Under the pieces are notes generated by a model. The model was given only the letters and a program-made list of their open reading frames with translations. It had not been told where the DNA came from and made no database searches. The translations under genes were made by a program, and so were the position numbers. 64,000 nucleotides of DNA from Paramecium tetraurelia (lineage: Eukaryota). The first letter of the stretch is position 1. Each line of letters starts with the position of its first letter. Location of the stretch: positions 62,001 to 126,000 of the forward strand of contig CT868022.1 of the NCBI GenBank assembly GCA_000165425.1. The letters are read 5' to 3'. Below are positions 27,366 through 38,919 of the stretch, in pieces.

Positions 27366-29189
27366 ATGGATCAAAAATAAAAGGTGTAATCATTAATGAG
27401 CAATTATGTAAAGAAGGAAATCAATAGATCAGGAGTGGTGAATGTAAAAGTCTACTTGAACAATGAATTATTACATTCAATCTAATTTCCAACTTTAAAT
27501 CAAACCACATTAAATTTAGTTAATCATTTAAAAGGTTTGTTAAATTAGCCATTAGTTATCGGATTTTAAACATTAGATTAAAACATTCCTTTGGATTTCT
27601 ATTTGACGTAGAATTAAGATTTAGGATTTCTAACCAATTAGACAATTTAATTAAAGCCCTTACATTCAATACAATAAGCTCTGATATCATTGGACTCATT
27701 CTATTTTTTGTAATGCATAGGTGTTGGAGGATTTTCAAGAGTCTATTTGGTCAGATGCAAATCGAATGGTTAATTTATGGCATTGAAAATGATTTCAAAA
27801 CAATTCATTTAAGAACATGACAAATTCTAAATCATCTAGAATGAAAGAAATATCATGGTTGCTTTAGCAGAATAGAGCAATTCACATCCATTTCTATGTA
27901 AATTATTAAGTGTATTTGAAACAAAAAGTTGGGTTTGTTTTGCATTAGAATACTGCCCAGGAGGAGAATTGTTTTAACAATTGAAGAGGGTGAAGAGGAT
28001 GGATGAACAATAAGCAAAGTTTTATTTTAGTTAAGTTTGTTTGGCTATTCATCATCTACATGAGAATGGAATTATCTATAGGGATATCAAACCAGAGAAT
28101 ATTCTGATAGATTAGGATGGCAACATAAAATTGGCTGACTTTGGCTTGGCCAGACCAAATATGAAGGATGATTTATTGGCCTTTTCATTTTGTGGGTCTC
28201 CAGAATACATGGCACCTGAAATGTTACTAAAATCAGGACATAACTATTAGATTGATCATTATTGTTTGGGAGCTCTACTTTATGAATTATTAACTGGTTT
28301 GCCTCCCTATTATTCAAATAATCCAGAATAGATCTATAAAAATATCCTATAGCATGATTTAACATTACCAAACAAAAATTGCAGTGCAGAATCTAGAGAT
28401 CTTATGTAGAAGCTGTTACAAAAGGATGTTTTTAATCGTTTGGGAAAGGAATATGGGATTTATGAAATTCTAAAACATCCTTGGTTGTAAGATAAATCAC
28501 TTTACAAAATTCTTAATAGATAATATGAACCACCGTTCAAGCCAGATCTTATGAAGATGAATTTTGATTAAAATGAAATAACTAAAGGGGAGAATAATTT
28601 TTAGAGGGATCTCTAAAAATCATTGAATTCAGATAATGAAAATGTCTTCACTCCGTTTTTCTCTAATTTTTACTTTTCTTCAATTATTCAAAAGACTTAA
28701 GCAAGATCAGCCTCAATAACCTAAATAAGTTCATCCAATATTGATGATAAGATTAACAACTTATTAATAAGTAGTAAGGTTAAGAATGTGTTGCAAACTC
28801 ATACAGCATCTCAGCCTAATATACATTGTTAGTTAAAATAGAAAAAAGTGTCTTAGGAAAGAAATTAAGATAATAACAAGGAAAATATCATGAAAAACTT
28901 TAGTTCCCTTATTACAAAGACATGTAAGAAACATAAGAAGAATAATTAAAGCATGCCTGATTAAAGTTGTGGAATCTCTTCTGAAATGAGATCGCTATCA
29001 ACTTAGAAAATAATAGAGTCACAAAAAGTGCCATCAACATTTAATACAACTCTATTAAAATCTTAATTCACAGAAACTGATGACGATTCAAGTGTTAATA
29101 AAACACATAAAACTCTTTTTGGAGAAACCAAAAGTTTGAATAAAAACTTCACTAATTAATGCACATTATTGAGATTTTTCAAATAATGA
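27366..29189 (+). CDS. AGC-family Ser/Thr protein kinase (607 aa, intronless)
   Basis: IGVGGFSRVYLV, MALKMISK, LEYCPGGELF, IIYRDIKPENILID, IKLADFGLA, SFCGSPEYMAPE, LLTGLPPY and C-tail PPFKP. Confidence 0.95.
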
Positions 29190-29247
29190 AATATTTCTAT
29201 TTAAAAAAGCATAATTATTAAATTATAATTTTATAATAATGATAATT

Positions 29248-31028
29248 TCAATTTTTCTTTCTCTTTGCCATTAGTTGCTTTAAAGATTCTCCCTAATTTT
29301 TTTATTTGGCTAAATTCTTATTTTCAGCTGTCTTTATTTTATCAGGAAATAAAGTCTTTTAAATGTGTTTGGTGTCAGCATCTTCAGCTAGTACCTTAAT
29401 GAATACTTTAAAATAAAATATACTATCCAATCCTATTTTTCTTCCTCATCATTTTAACTTCCATCAGATTCCTCTTCTTAATAATCAGAATCCTCTTCAT
29501 TAGCTTATTATTAAATATTAGAAACATTATTTTCCTACAATTACAAATATTTATACTCCCTCTTTATTATCAATAATAGATTGATCGTTCTTCTCATCCT
29601 CTTTCTTTCTTTACTAAGATTCAAGTTTCTTTCTCTCCTCTTCTCTTTATTCCTCTTCAATCGTCTATTACTTTTTCAAATTTTCTTCCCATTCATATCT
29701 CTTTCTTCTGTACACATCTTCTACTTCCAAATTAACCTTTAATTCTTTAGAAAGTCCAGCATTTCTTTAGACTTCAATTTGAGCAAACAATTAATCATTT
29801 GTATTCATTTTTTCTTTAACAAAATCAGCAATCTTAGTTGATGTTACTTACAATGTTGAGAATGTGGTTTTGAGATTCATCAACCTTTTTTCTTTTCCAG
29901 CAAAGTAATTCTTTTGTTTTTACATCATTTAAATCTCCACCTCCTTTTATCTCATATTCTATTCAATCTATTCAGCCTCTTATGCCTTTATTTTATTCTA
30001 TTGACCTTCTTAATTGTCTTTCAAGAGAAACAACACAATTTCATTAATTTCGATTATCACTCTAACCTAATCCTTGATATCAATATCAAATATTGCTTTG
30101 ATTATCTCTTTCTTCTCTGAAACAATCTCTTCTATCAACATTATCTGAAAGGGTTCCAACTTTTCGAAATCCTAAGTGAATGTGGTAACCTTCTCTTAGA
30201 ATTTGAATTCCTATGAAAAAACATACTACTTTATTGCTTTCCATGCCAATAAATTTTCATAGTATCTCTACTCTTCTTCTGGTAATGCTGCTCTTTTTAA
30301 GGGCCTTGAATTTGAGAGTGGCTTCCTTCCACCACATGCAAATATGCCTCCACTTTAAGGAGGAGCAGGTTAATTGATTATAGAATCAGGTTAAAGTTGT
30401 ACTTTCTCCACTTTCAATTTAAGTTATTCTGCCAATTGCACAGGACCTTTCTTTGCTTTTATTAAACATCCAGCAATCCAATTGAAAATGATACAACTCT
30501 TGTTCTCAGGCTCTGGCAACTCTAATTTATCTTTATAATTTATGTTATTCAATTCTTACTTAAAATTGATAATTGTATCTCTTCTATTAATTTAATTAAC
30601 TTTGCTTTTTATTTCTATTTTTCAGATGCACCCCATTTCTTTTTATCCTCCTACTATTTAATTTATAATTCCAATTATTTATACTCCTTTTAGTATGCTG
30701 ATAACTCCTAATCTAAATGAGTTGGCAGTTTGAATTACTAAAATAATGGTTGATCAACATCATATTACTTCGAATATTTTTGTGCAGTTCAGTGCCTATG
30801 AATGTAACTCTTCACTTTTGACTTGAATTTCTCTGTAATATGGATCCTGCATATAATTTGCATAGTTACTTCGCCATCTACATAATTCTTTATTTTTTAG
30901 TTTAAGTTGACATTCACAGTGTCGATTTCATTTTTCCTCTTAATACAAAAATTAATTGCATCCTCGAACTTGTGTACATCATCGGTATTTTCTATGAATC
31001 TGAAATCAGGTATTTCAATTTATTGCAT
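29248..31028 (-). CDS. Hypothetical coiled-coil/charged protein, multi-intron
   Basis: ATG 31028 (MQQIEIPDFRFIENTDDVHKFEDAINFC...). Frame is kept by several 23-31-nt introns. E/K-rich central helix and acidic patch; ends ...LKQLMAKRKKN*. Confidence 0.7.
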
Positions 31029-31519
31029 TTCTTATTATAATTAATTTAAATACTATTTTATTCTTAACAGATTATTATATTCTCATAATTTATCCATTAA
31101 AAATAAAATACCAAGGGTATCTCGTATGTTAATCACACTATTTATGGAAAAGAATAGATATATTAAATATAGCACTTAACATTATGATTATTAAATATAA
31201 CTATTTAGATTTATTACGAAAACTTACTTGAGTAAAATAAATTAATTTGATTTTATAATTTGCCAATTAAATTAATTTAATAATTATAAACAGTTATAAC
31301 ATCAATAATGCTATTAATTAAGAAGAGATTGCAATGATCAATTATATTATTGGTTCACAATGTGAAATGTAAGTAATTGAATAAATAAGGCTAATCAATA
31401 TTCAATTAATTTTATTTAAATGTATTTAAGAGATAAATAATTACAAAAATATGACTATTAATGAATTTAGTAATGTTTTTTGCAAATAAATGCAAATTAA
31501 GACTGATATAAAAATTCAC

Positions 31520-32353
31520 TCACAAATCGACTTCTTATTGCATAACTTCTTAGGATGAAGATTGCTCTTCGGATAAAGGAGGCAATCCTTGAACTTCTAG
31601 TTCCCCATTTGGTAACACAATTACTGACTTATCAGCAGTGCAATATAAGATATCCTTGATTCCTCTTTACATTTATTCCTAAGTCAATTGGGAAGCCCCT
31701 TCAATAAAGTTGTCTAACTCCTTGAATTTTAAGAAATAAAATTCTCTTTCTTATTTCAGAGTTTCTATTTGAATAAGTAGATCCTAAATGGAAGGTTACT
31801 TTTTTTGATATGGTTCAATATGGGCAAAAGAATTGGTCTTTGGGATGCTGGTTGATTATATCTGATTGGGACTGCCAAAGGTGTCTCTTCTTACACTAGT
31901 TCTTGATCTTTCTGGATTTCTTTTTGGTATAATAACTGGTTAATCATCTAGATCTACATTTCCTCTTTTGGCTTAAGGGTCGTAGTCTTTGGGTACAACA
32001 TGTTAATCCATGTATTTCTTTAACCATTAGAGAAACTCCAGATTATCTTGATATTTGCATTTCGTTAACTTTTCTATTTCGATAGGTTTTTGGATTCCGA
32101 GTTTGGAGAATGCTACTTGGAGAACTTTGAAATTATTAACAAACTCGTATTCTTGTTTAGCCTTCCAATTAATCTTACCAAGGGCAACTATAATGTTGAT
32201 AGGGAATAAATACTAACCTTTTCCAGGGTGAACGGCATCGACTAATTGGCAATAGACTGCTCCTGTTCCCAGTTGCTCAATCTTTTGGAGGGAGAGTTTC
32301 AATGTGTCATTAACCCATTATAATAGTTCTGCTCTTGAAATTTCTGTATTCAT
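31520..32353 (-). CDS. EB1: EB1/MAPRE microtubule plus-end-binding protein
   Basis: CH domain [31 protein letters not shown]...[11 protein letters not shown]...[18 protein letters not shown] region [13 protein letters not shown]...IKDILY; 30-nt intron. Confidence 0.95.
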
Positions 32354-32357
32354 ATTA

Positions 32358-33406
32358 ATGGGAAATAAAATCTAAATCCAACTCAATTCAAAATTCTATT
32401 TTCCGAACTAAACTGTACAAGGTATGTGTCAGATCTATTAGAGGAATGGTGATTATAGAGGATTCTTAAGATACTTTGAAAGAGTTTTCTAAACTGTATA
32501 TTCATCTACAAGGTGAGGAGGCTTGGGATAAAGGCTTTGAGTGTCTTGAATCAAATGATTTTAATATCTTCCATTCTCAATTTAAGTTGCTTAAAGACAT
32601 CAATGAGGAACGAAACCCAGAGGATTTGAAATTGAAGATCTAAAAAACGATCGCAATTCCATTCACTTATGCATTACCTGACAACATCCCTGGTACAATG
32701 AAAAGAGATAAGGGTTATAAACTAAAGATCGATTACTCAATGTCTTTGATTGCTGAGACGTTCTAATTGGATAGGATTGTCTTGAAAAAATTGCCAATCA
32801 TTATAAACCAATATGCAGTGAGGCAAAATATCAGTCGAAGCATATCTAATAGTCATGCCATGCGAGGATTTTGGCATACTTATCAAGGAGTATTATTTAG
32901 AATCGATATTAGATTTCTAAATTGGAATGCAAATATAGCGGTGAAGAATTTTCGATTGGTGATTCAATCCACTTGGAATTGTCGGTTGATCTAAGGGAAA
33001 GCAAGCAATACATATAGGAGATCGTGATTTCATTGAATAAGAGGACCACTATCAATGATAGAGAACCCAAGGTTATCATAGAATAAATTTCCAAACATCA
33101 TTTGCCTGGGATTGTCTAAGGGATCGTTTAGACAATCAAAAAATCTATTGTGCTCTTTGATTTCAACAACAAAATAGAACTATCAACCACTGGATAATTA
33201 ATTAAGGTGGATTATTTAATTAGGATACAAGCCTATTCAACATTATTCAACCTCAATAATAATGACTTAAGAATAGATATTCCTATCAATTTATTCCAAA
33301 GGAGAATCAAATAAAACGATTTAAAGTTTGAAACCAACCAGATTTAAGATCTATTCCATCTATATGATGTAAATATTTTAATAGTTGTTAGGTCGTAAAA
33401 CTATGA
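32358..33406 (+). CDS. Arrestin-fold (alpha-arrestin-like, Arrestin_N + Arrestin_C) protein 1
   Basis: MGNKIQIQLNSKFYFPNQTVQG, LYIHLQGEE, IPFTYALPDNIPGT, KIDY, FSIGDSIHLELSVD, STTGQLIKVDYLIRI, DIPINL; three 22-23-nt introns. Confidence 0.82.
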
Positions 33407-33462
33407 ACAATTGCACAATATTAATATAAACAATATTATTTACATTATAAATTAAATATCTT

Positions 33463-34547
33463 ATGGGGAATAGCTAGTCTGGTGTCTAGATTACCATAGA
33501 TAGGTTTTATTATGCAGAAGAATTGCTGTCTGGCAAGATTTTAATTGCTAAATCTAAAATCAATGCTATTCAGAATCTCATCATTCGTATTTATGGGGAA
33601 GTCTCTTTGGAAATAGAGGGAGAGTCTGTCTAAAGGGAATTCTGCATTTACGAAAGTAAGCTTGATGAAAAAGACTTGGCAACAATTAGAAATAAGACAG
33701 GAGTTATTGAGTTTGAATTGTAGCTGACCAATAATCTTCCACCTTCTGTGTATTACCAATCAATTAAATCGAAGGGAGGGTTGTAGTATCATTTAGAAGT
33801 GGAATTGAACCCTGATGGCCTATTTGATTTAGAAATAATTAGAAAAGACTTAGAGATAAGATAATCAATGCCGAAGGTTTAGGATTTCTGTCTTGTCAAG
33901 GAACTAAAATTGGAAACAGTATTCAGCAACTATGGAGTATTTTTATGCCTTTATCAATCAATAGACTCTTAGTATGGATGTGAATGTCAACGAATAATAA
34001 TTTCATGTTGGTTAAACTGCCGAAGTTACTGTGTTTGCAGATAACACCCTTGGATAAGTGGACATTGATTACATCACCGTTGAACACGTTTAAGAAATAT
34101 CAATAAAACCAGCACACATATGGATCTCAGAAGTTCAGCTCATTAACTCATAGGCTATAACGGGTGTTAAGGCCTTTCAGAAGTATCAGAGTCCAATCAA
34201 GGTATTCTTGACCATAACTGATCCAAATCAAAAGCTTAAACCGAATTTACAATTGGGGTTCTTGAAAATCCAGAATTATATCAGGATATCAACGCCCTTT
34301 AGTGTCTTTTAAATAAATCCTAGATTTCCATTGATTCCTATTGAGATTTGTAAATTGGAAAGTAAATGCTTGTATTAAAATGTTAACATGATTGATTAAG
34401 TTAAGTTACCGAATGTAAGATATGCGATTAACATAGAAATTTGTATTGAAACCAGTGCTTCTGAAACTAGATGATTTACACAAGGACTTTATGGAATTCA
34501 AAACTTTAAGAGATCTTAAAAATTTGTTAAATCAAGTACGCAAATGA
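33463..34547 (+). CDS. Arrestin-fold protein 2
   Basis: MGNSQS..., FYYAEELLSGKI, LIIRIYGEV, IEFELQLTNNLPPS, LQYHLEV, FHVGQTAEVTVFADN, LKIQNYIRI, IPIEI; two introns (28 and 22 nt). Confidence 0.8.
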
Positions 34548-34604
34548 ATATTTTATTCTCATTAAATAATAAATATATATAAAATTAAATACGTCAGATC
34601 TACA

Positions 34605-35384
34605 ATGCAATATGACAGATCTTTGCTAACTGAAGATATTATTGGAGCCCAACCAAAACATAGGAATATCTACTTGAACAGATTGTTGCCCAATCAATTG
34701 ACTTAAGAAGAATAGATAAGATTATAGTATTACAAATAATCTATATAGGAAATAAATGCCTCTTCAAGACATTCGATTTGGTAGAAGAAGATATGAAAAT
34801 GATGTTCATCACTTTTGTAATATATATTTGCCTTCAGAAAACTAATACTTCGATAAAAGAAATAAAAAAAATAATGAATTTGCAAAAGGAGATCTGAAAC
34901 AGCATATGGCCTTTGGAAATTATCAAGATTAATCTAAGTAAAAGCTGGTTTTTGATAAGGGCAACTTTGGTGTGACAGACTATTAAATACAAAGGATATT
35001 GACGGAGCAGTTCCTGGGAGTTTACAGAGTTAAGCAGTTCGAAACCAAGAGATCGCTAGAAAGTTGCGATCTGAAAGAGACAGACAAAATAAATCATGCA
35101 ATCCTACTTAAATTGAGGAGAATACCAAAGAGGAGAGTTAATTATACTCAGGAAGAGATCGATCGCATACATTTTAGACAAATTCTTGTCAAAGTAAACA
35201 TATAGTTTTATTACTTTTAGGAAATTCAGATAAATCACCTTAATTGCCACCAATCCCAGAGAGAATTTCAGATACGGTGGATCATATAGCTAATAAACTT
35301 CAATTGCGATAGCCTCGTAAAAGCTGTTAATTCGAAGACTTCAGATAAAAAAACAAATAAGCATTGTTAAGATTATATGTTTGA
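34605..35384 (+). CDS. Hypothetical protein with two L-x-T-x-DI-x-GA-x-P motifs
   Basis: MQYDRSLLTEDIIGAQPKH... and ...LLNTKDIDGAVPGSL; several tiny introns; the middle splice junction (~34938-34978) is uncertain. Confidence 0.6.
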
Positions 35385-35449
35385 CTCCATTATTTTGTCA
35401 TTAATTTTACATTTATTTATGTTTCAAGATTTATATCAATAATTATACT

Positions 35450-37483
35450 TCAACAGGTGAGTAGATCTTGAAGAATATTTTGAGCGTCAAGAACTGTTTG
35501 TTCAGATTCCTTCATTCCTTAAACAACATCAAATTATAAGAATCCATGAGGCATCCATTTATACTCAGTAATTTTAATGTCTTTTCCTAATTTCAGTAAT
35601 TTATTGGCTAATCTAAAACTCTCATCATGCAATGGGTCATTAGTACCTAAGACAATTCTAGTTTTAGGAAATCTTGAAAGAATTTCATCACTTGCAATTG
35701 ATGGTGACATCAAGGGATCTGATGCTGCATCAAATTGTTATGGAACATAAGATGATATACACAGTTTCAATACAGTATGGTGCAATAATGGGTCATTTAA
35801 TGAAATCAGTAAACTGGGAGTAAATTGCTTGATATCCAAACATAATGCAGGATATGCCATTAAAATGCCATCGGGGATTCTTGCCCCAGATTTAATGATT
35901 TAAACCGTCAAAGCAGCCACTAAATTACCACCAGCACTATCACCAACTAAGACAACCTTCTTTGGCTTAACATTGAAATACTTATCAATGTAGTTCATTA
36001 TGAACATATAGGCCTACCAGCAATCATCTAAACCAAAGGGATAAGGACTCTCTGGAGCCTTTCTGTAGTCGATCGAAAATATTGGCACTTATAAATTTTT
36101 AGCCCATTTTCTAGTGTATGTTTAATGTGATCTGGATGACATACTCACAAATCCTCCTCCATGGATATGAATAATTATCCTGTCAAATACTTTTTACCCT
36201 TGTATCAGCTTTAGAGAGTGCTATACAAAACTGTCAGTTTGGATCTCTTGTAGATTATAATGACATAAGATTCTAACAGGTATTCTTTCCTTATTTTTAG
36301 TAAATAACTCTGGACTCTTTGGTAAGTTTGTATTTACACATTCTCCACAATCATTTTAAATGTGATTAATGTTGTTTTCCTTGTATTATCGAAGTATGTT
36401 GTCTTCTACTAACCTTTTAAAGAGTTATGGGATATAAATCTTTTTGTTATAAGTAATCATGGGAAAGAGAAGTGGTAATAATTTACTAAGAAAACCGCTT
36501 TCTCCCAAATTCCAAGCTTTAAATGCCAGATTCTTATTTGGTTCAGCCATAAAATGATCAGCCTTCAATTTGGCATCCTTTTTGGCTACCAAATAATACA
36601 ATGCTCCAAATCCTTACATCACATTCTTAGCAGCCTCATTACTAAACTCAGATCCCTTTGAAATCATGGCATTGGCCAACAATATACCTTCAGCCACTTT
36701 CCCATAAGATTTTGATATTTATTCTCTTGAACCCAATAGGACTTCCTGAGTAATACTATTTAAACTTTACCATCTATAGTGTCCTCTATCGAAGCAAAAT
36801 ATATCATTGATATCCAAATTTGCAGCTCCTGGCAATTGTTCAAGACAGGTTTGCAATTTAGATAAGTAAATTACTAATTGTCTTAACTCTTATTTCTCTC
36901 TTCTCACTTCGATGGTTTCAAACAATACTAAAATTTATGATAGAATATGAGTGATTGCGAATTCCAACAATATGCACACAGACTTTTCATTGAATTTCTT
37001 TTTATTCACATTTATGTTATATTCTTCATTGATTGATTTACTCATGATGTCCTTATCATTTGTGATAAGTCCAATTTGTTCTAATTATAAGATTCCAATA
37101 AATGTGATCTTTATAGCTTAGAAAAATCTGGGAAGGAAATTGGCTACGGCATTAAATTTTTTGGTCAAATCAATAGCCTTCAAGTGAAGTTTATTTAAAA
37201 GATCATAGGTTTCACTTAGGTTTTGATATAGTTCTTTAGTTATGGCTGCCGAATTAAAAATGGGGCAATTCCAGACTTGCTCCTAGATCTGATTGATATC
37301 TTGCTATTAAAGTTATTATTGATTTTGTTTAAATTCCCCTTGATCCTAATTCCATTCTTATTGCATTTAGATTTATTATTCTGCTGATTCTGATTACTCT
37401 TCTGTACGTAATTCTAGTGTAATGTCCTGCGTTAGATTCCCCATAGACATACAAGATTTTATTTGATCTTCAATTGACTACAT
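35450..37483 (-). CDS. Hormone-sensitive-lipase-family alpha/beta hydrolase
   Basis: IIIHIHGGGFV oxyanion motif, SIDYRKAPESPYP, LVGDSAGGNL nucleophile elbow, GTNDPLHD and MPHGF (Ser-Asp-His triad); long N-terminal extension. Confidence 0.92.
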
Positions 37484-37531
37484 TTAAATTGTTTTTTTTA
37501 TATTATATTATTATCGATTGTATTTGTCAAT

Positions 37532-37852
37532 TCATTTATTGAGATTAGGTAACGATTCGTATAAAACTAGAGATTTTGTGGAACAAATTTGAACAAGGCT
37601 TCTTCCATTTCCAACCTTTCTTTGTGGTCTACTCAAATTCTGTATCCGATATTTTTTTTCGATTAATTGTACATATTCATGGAAATTGGGAGGATTTGTG
37701 ATTCTCTTTAGAGTTTCTTTAGACTCTGTTTAGGCTCGTTATTGTTGGAATCTCAAAGTAGATTAGGTATGTTGTAATTCCTGTAACTTCTTTTGTCTAC
37801 TGAAACTCCAATCACTTGATTGCCAAGTAACTCTCAATTTTTGTTTGTCCAT
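37532..37852 (-). CDS. Small hypothetical basic protein (106 aa)
   Basis: Intact code-6 ORF MDKQKLRVTWQSSDWSFSRQKK...ESLPNLNK* between AT-rich spacers. Confidence 0.6.
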
Positions 37853-38441
37853 TATAAAATTAAATATAATAAATCATATATAACATGATTTTAAATAAAA
37901 CTTTAATAAACATTTTCTAAATTTAGATACATAACTATTTAGCTAAACTCTCACAACGATTAAATCATTCATCATTCTAAAATTAGATCAAATCTTTCCT
38001 GATTGTAAATTTAATTTAATTACATCCTTCAAATCCAATATTTGCTATCCGAACACTTCAGAACATCAATCATCACAAATTAACAACAATATTTCCATTT
38101 AAATCTTTAATGATTTAATTACAAATAAAAGCAATCCATTAATATTTAAATAGTATTGCCATAAATTAGAATTACGTAATTAAGTGAATATCTCCTGATC
38201 ATAGTCATTCAATTACATTTAAATTTTATGTATCTCTACGATATTTAGTGTTTTCTTAAATTTTGAATTATAACTATCTAATCATCTTTATGGTATCGTA
38301 ATGAAACTAATCAAAAATGAATAGGACCCCCTCTTTAATTCAAATAGAGATCAATTTTAGTATAATAGACAATCTTGTTCTTTCCTGTTCTGATCTTTAC
38401 ATGGTATAATTTAATAATATTTAGTTTGATATTATATTTTA

Positions 38442-38864
38442 ATGTTTTTACCAATCAATACTCAAAGTACTCAATTGTCAGAATATTAGGAACATACTTG
38501 AATGTGAATGACTGTTTGGATGGGTTGAAGGGACAGAAATTGCATGACATTTCACTTCAGATTACTTAAACTAGAAATGAGATTTTAAAATAGATGCAAT
38601 AGTCAACGAATCGAAAGAGAGTATTGGCTGAAGAGATGAGTTAGAATGTTGATGAGTTTTTAGACGCTGTAAGATTTATCCAAAATATGAGTTTAGAAAC
38701 ATTCAATAAGCAAGCGTTTTCAGAAACAAGTCTTTAATTTGATTGACTCAAAGAAGATTGAACAAGAGTGCGAACAATACAAGATTGAGTGTGTCGAAAC
38801 AAATGAAGTTAAAGACGACTTTAAGTAATTGCACGATTTGATTAAATCCACATTTTGTAAGTGA
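38442..38864 (+). CDS. Small hypothetical helical protein (~123 aa)
   Basis: MFLPINTQRTYLNVNDCLDGLKGQKL...LHDLIKSTFCK* after removing 23- and 28-nt GT..AG introns. Confidence 0.6.
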
Positions 38865-38919
38865 TTATCCATTCTAATGGCATTATTATATTATTTTAAT
38901 ATTTTAATACATTTTTCTT

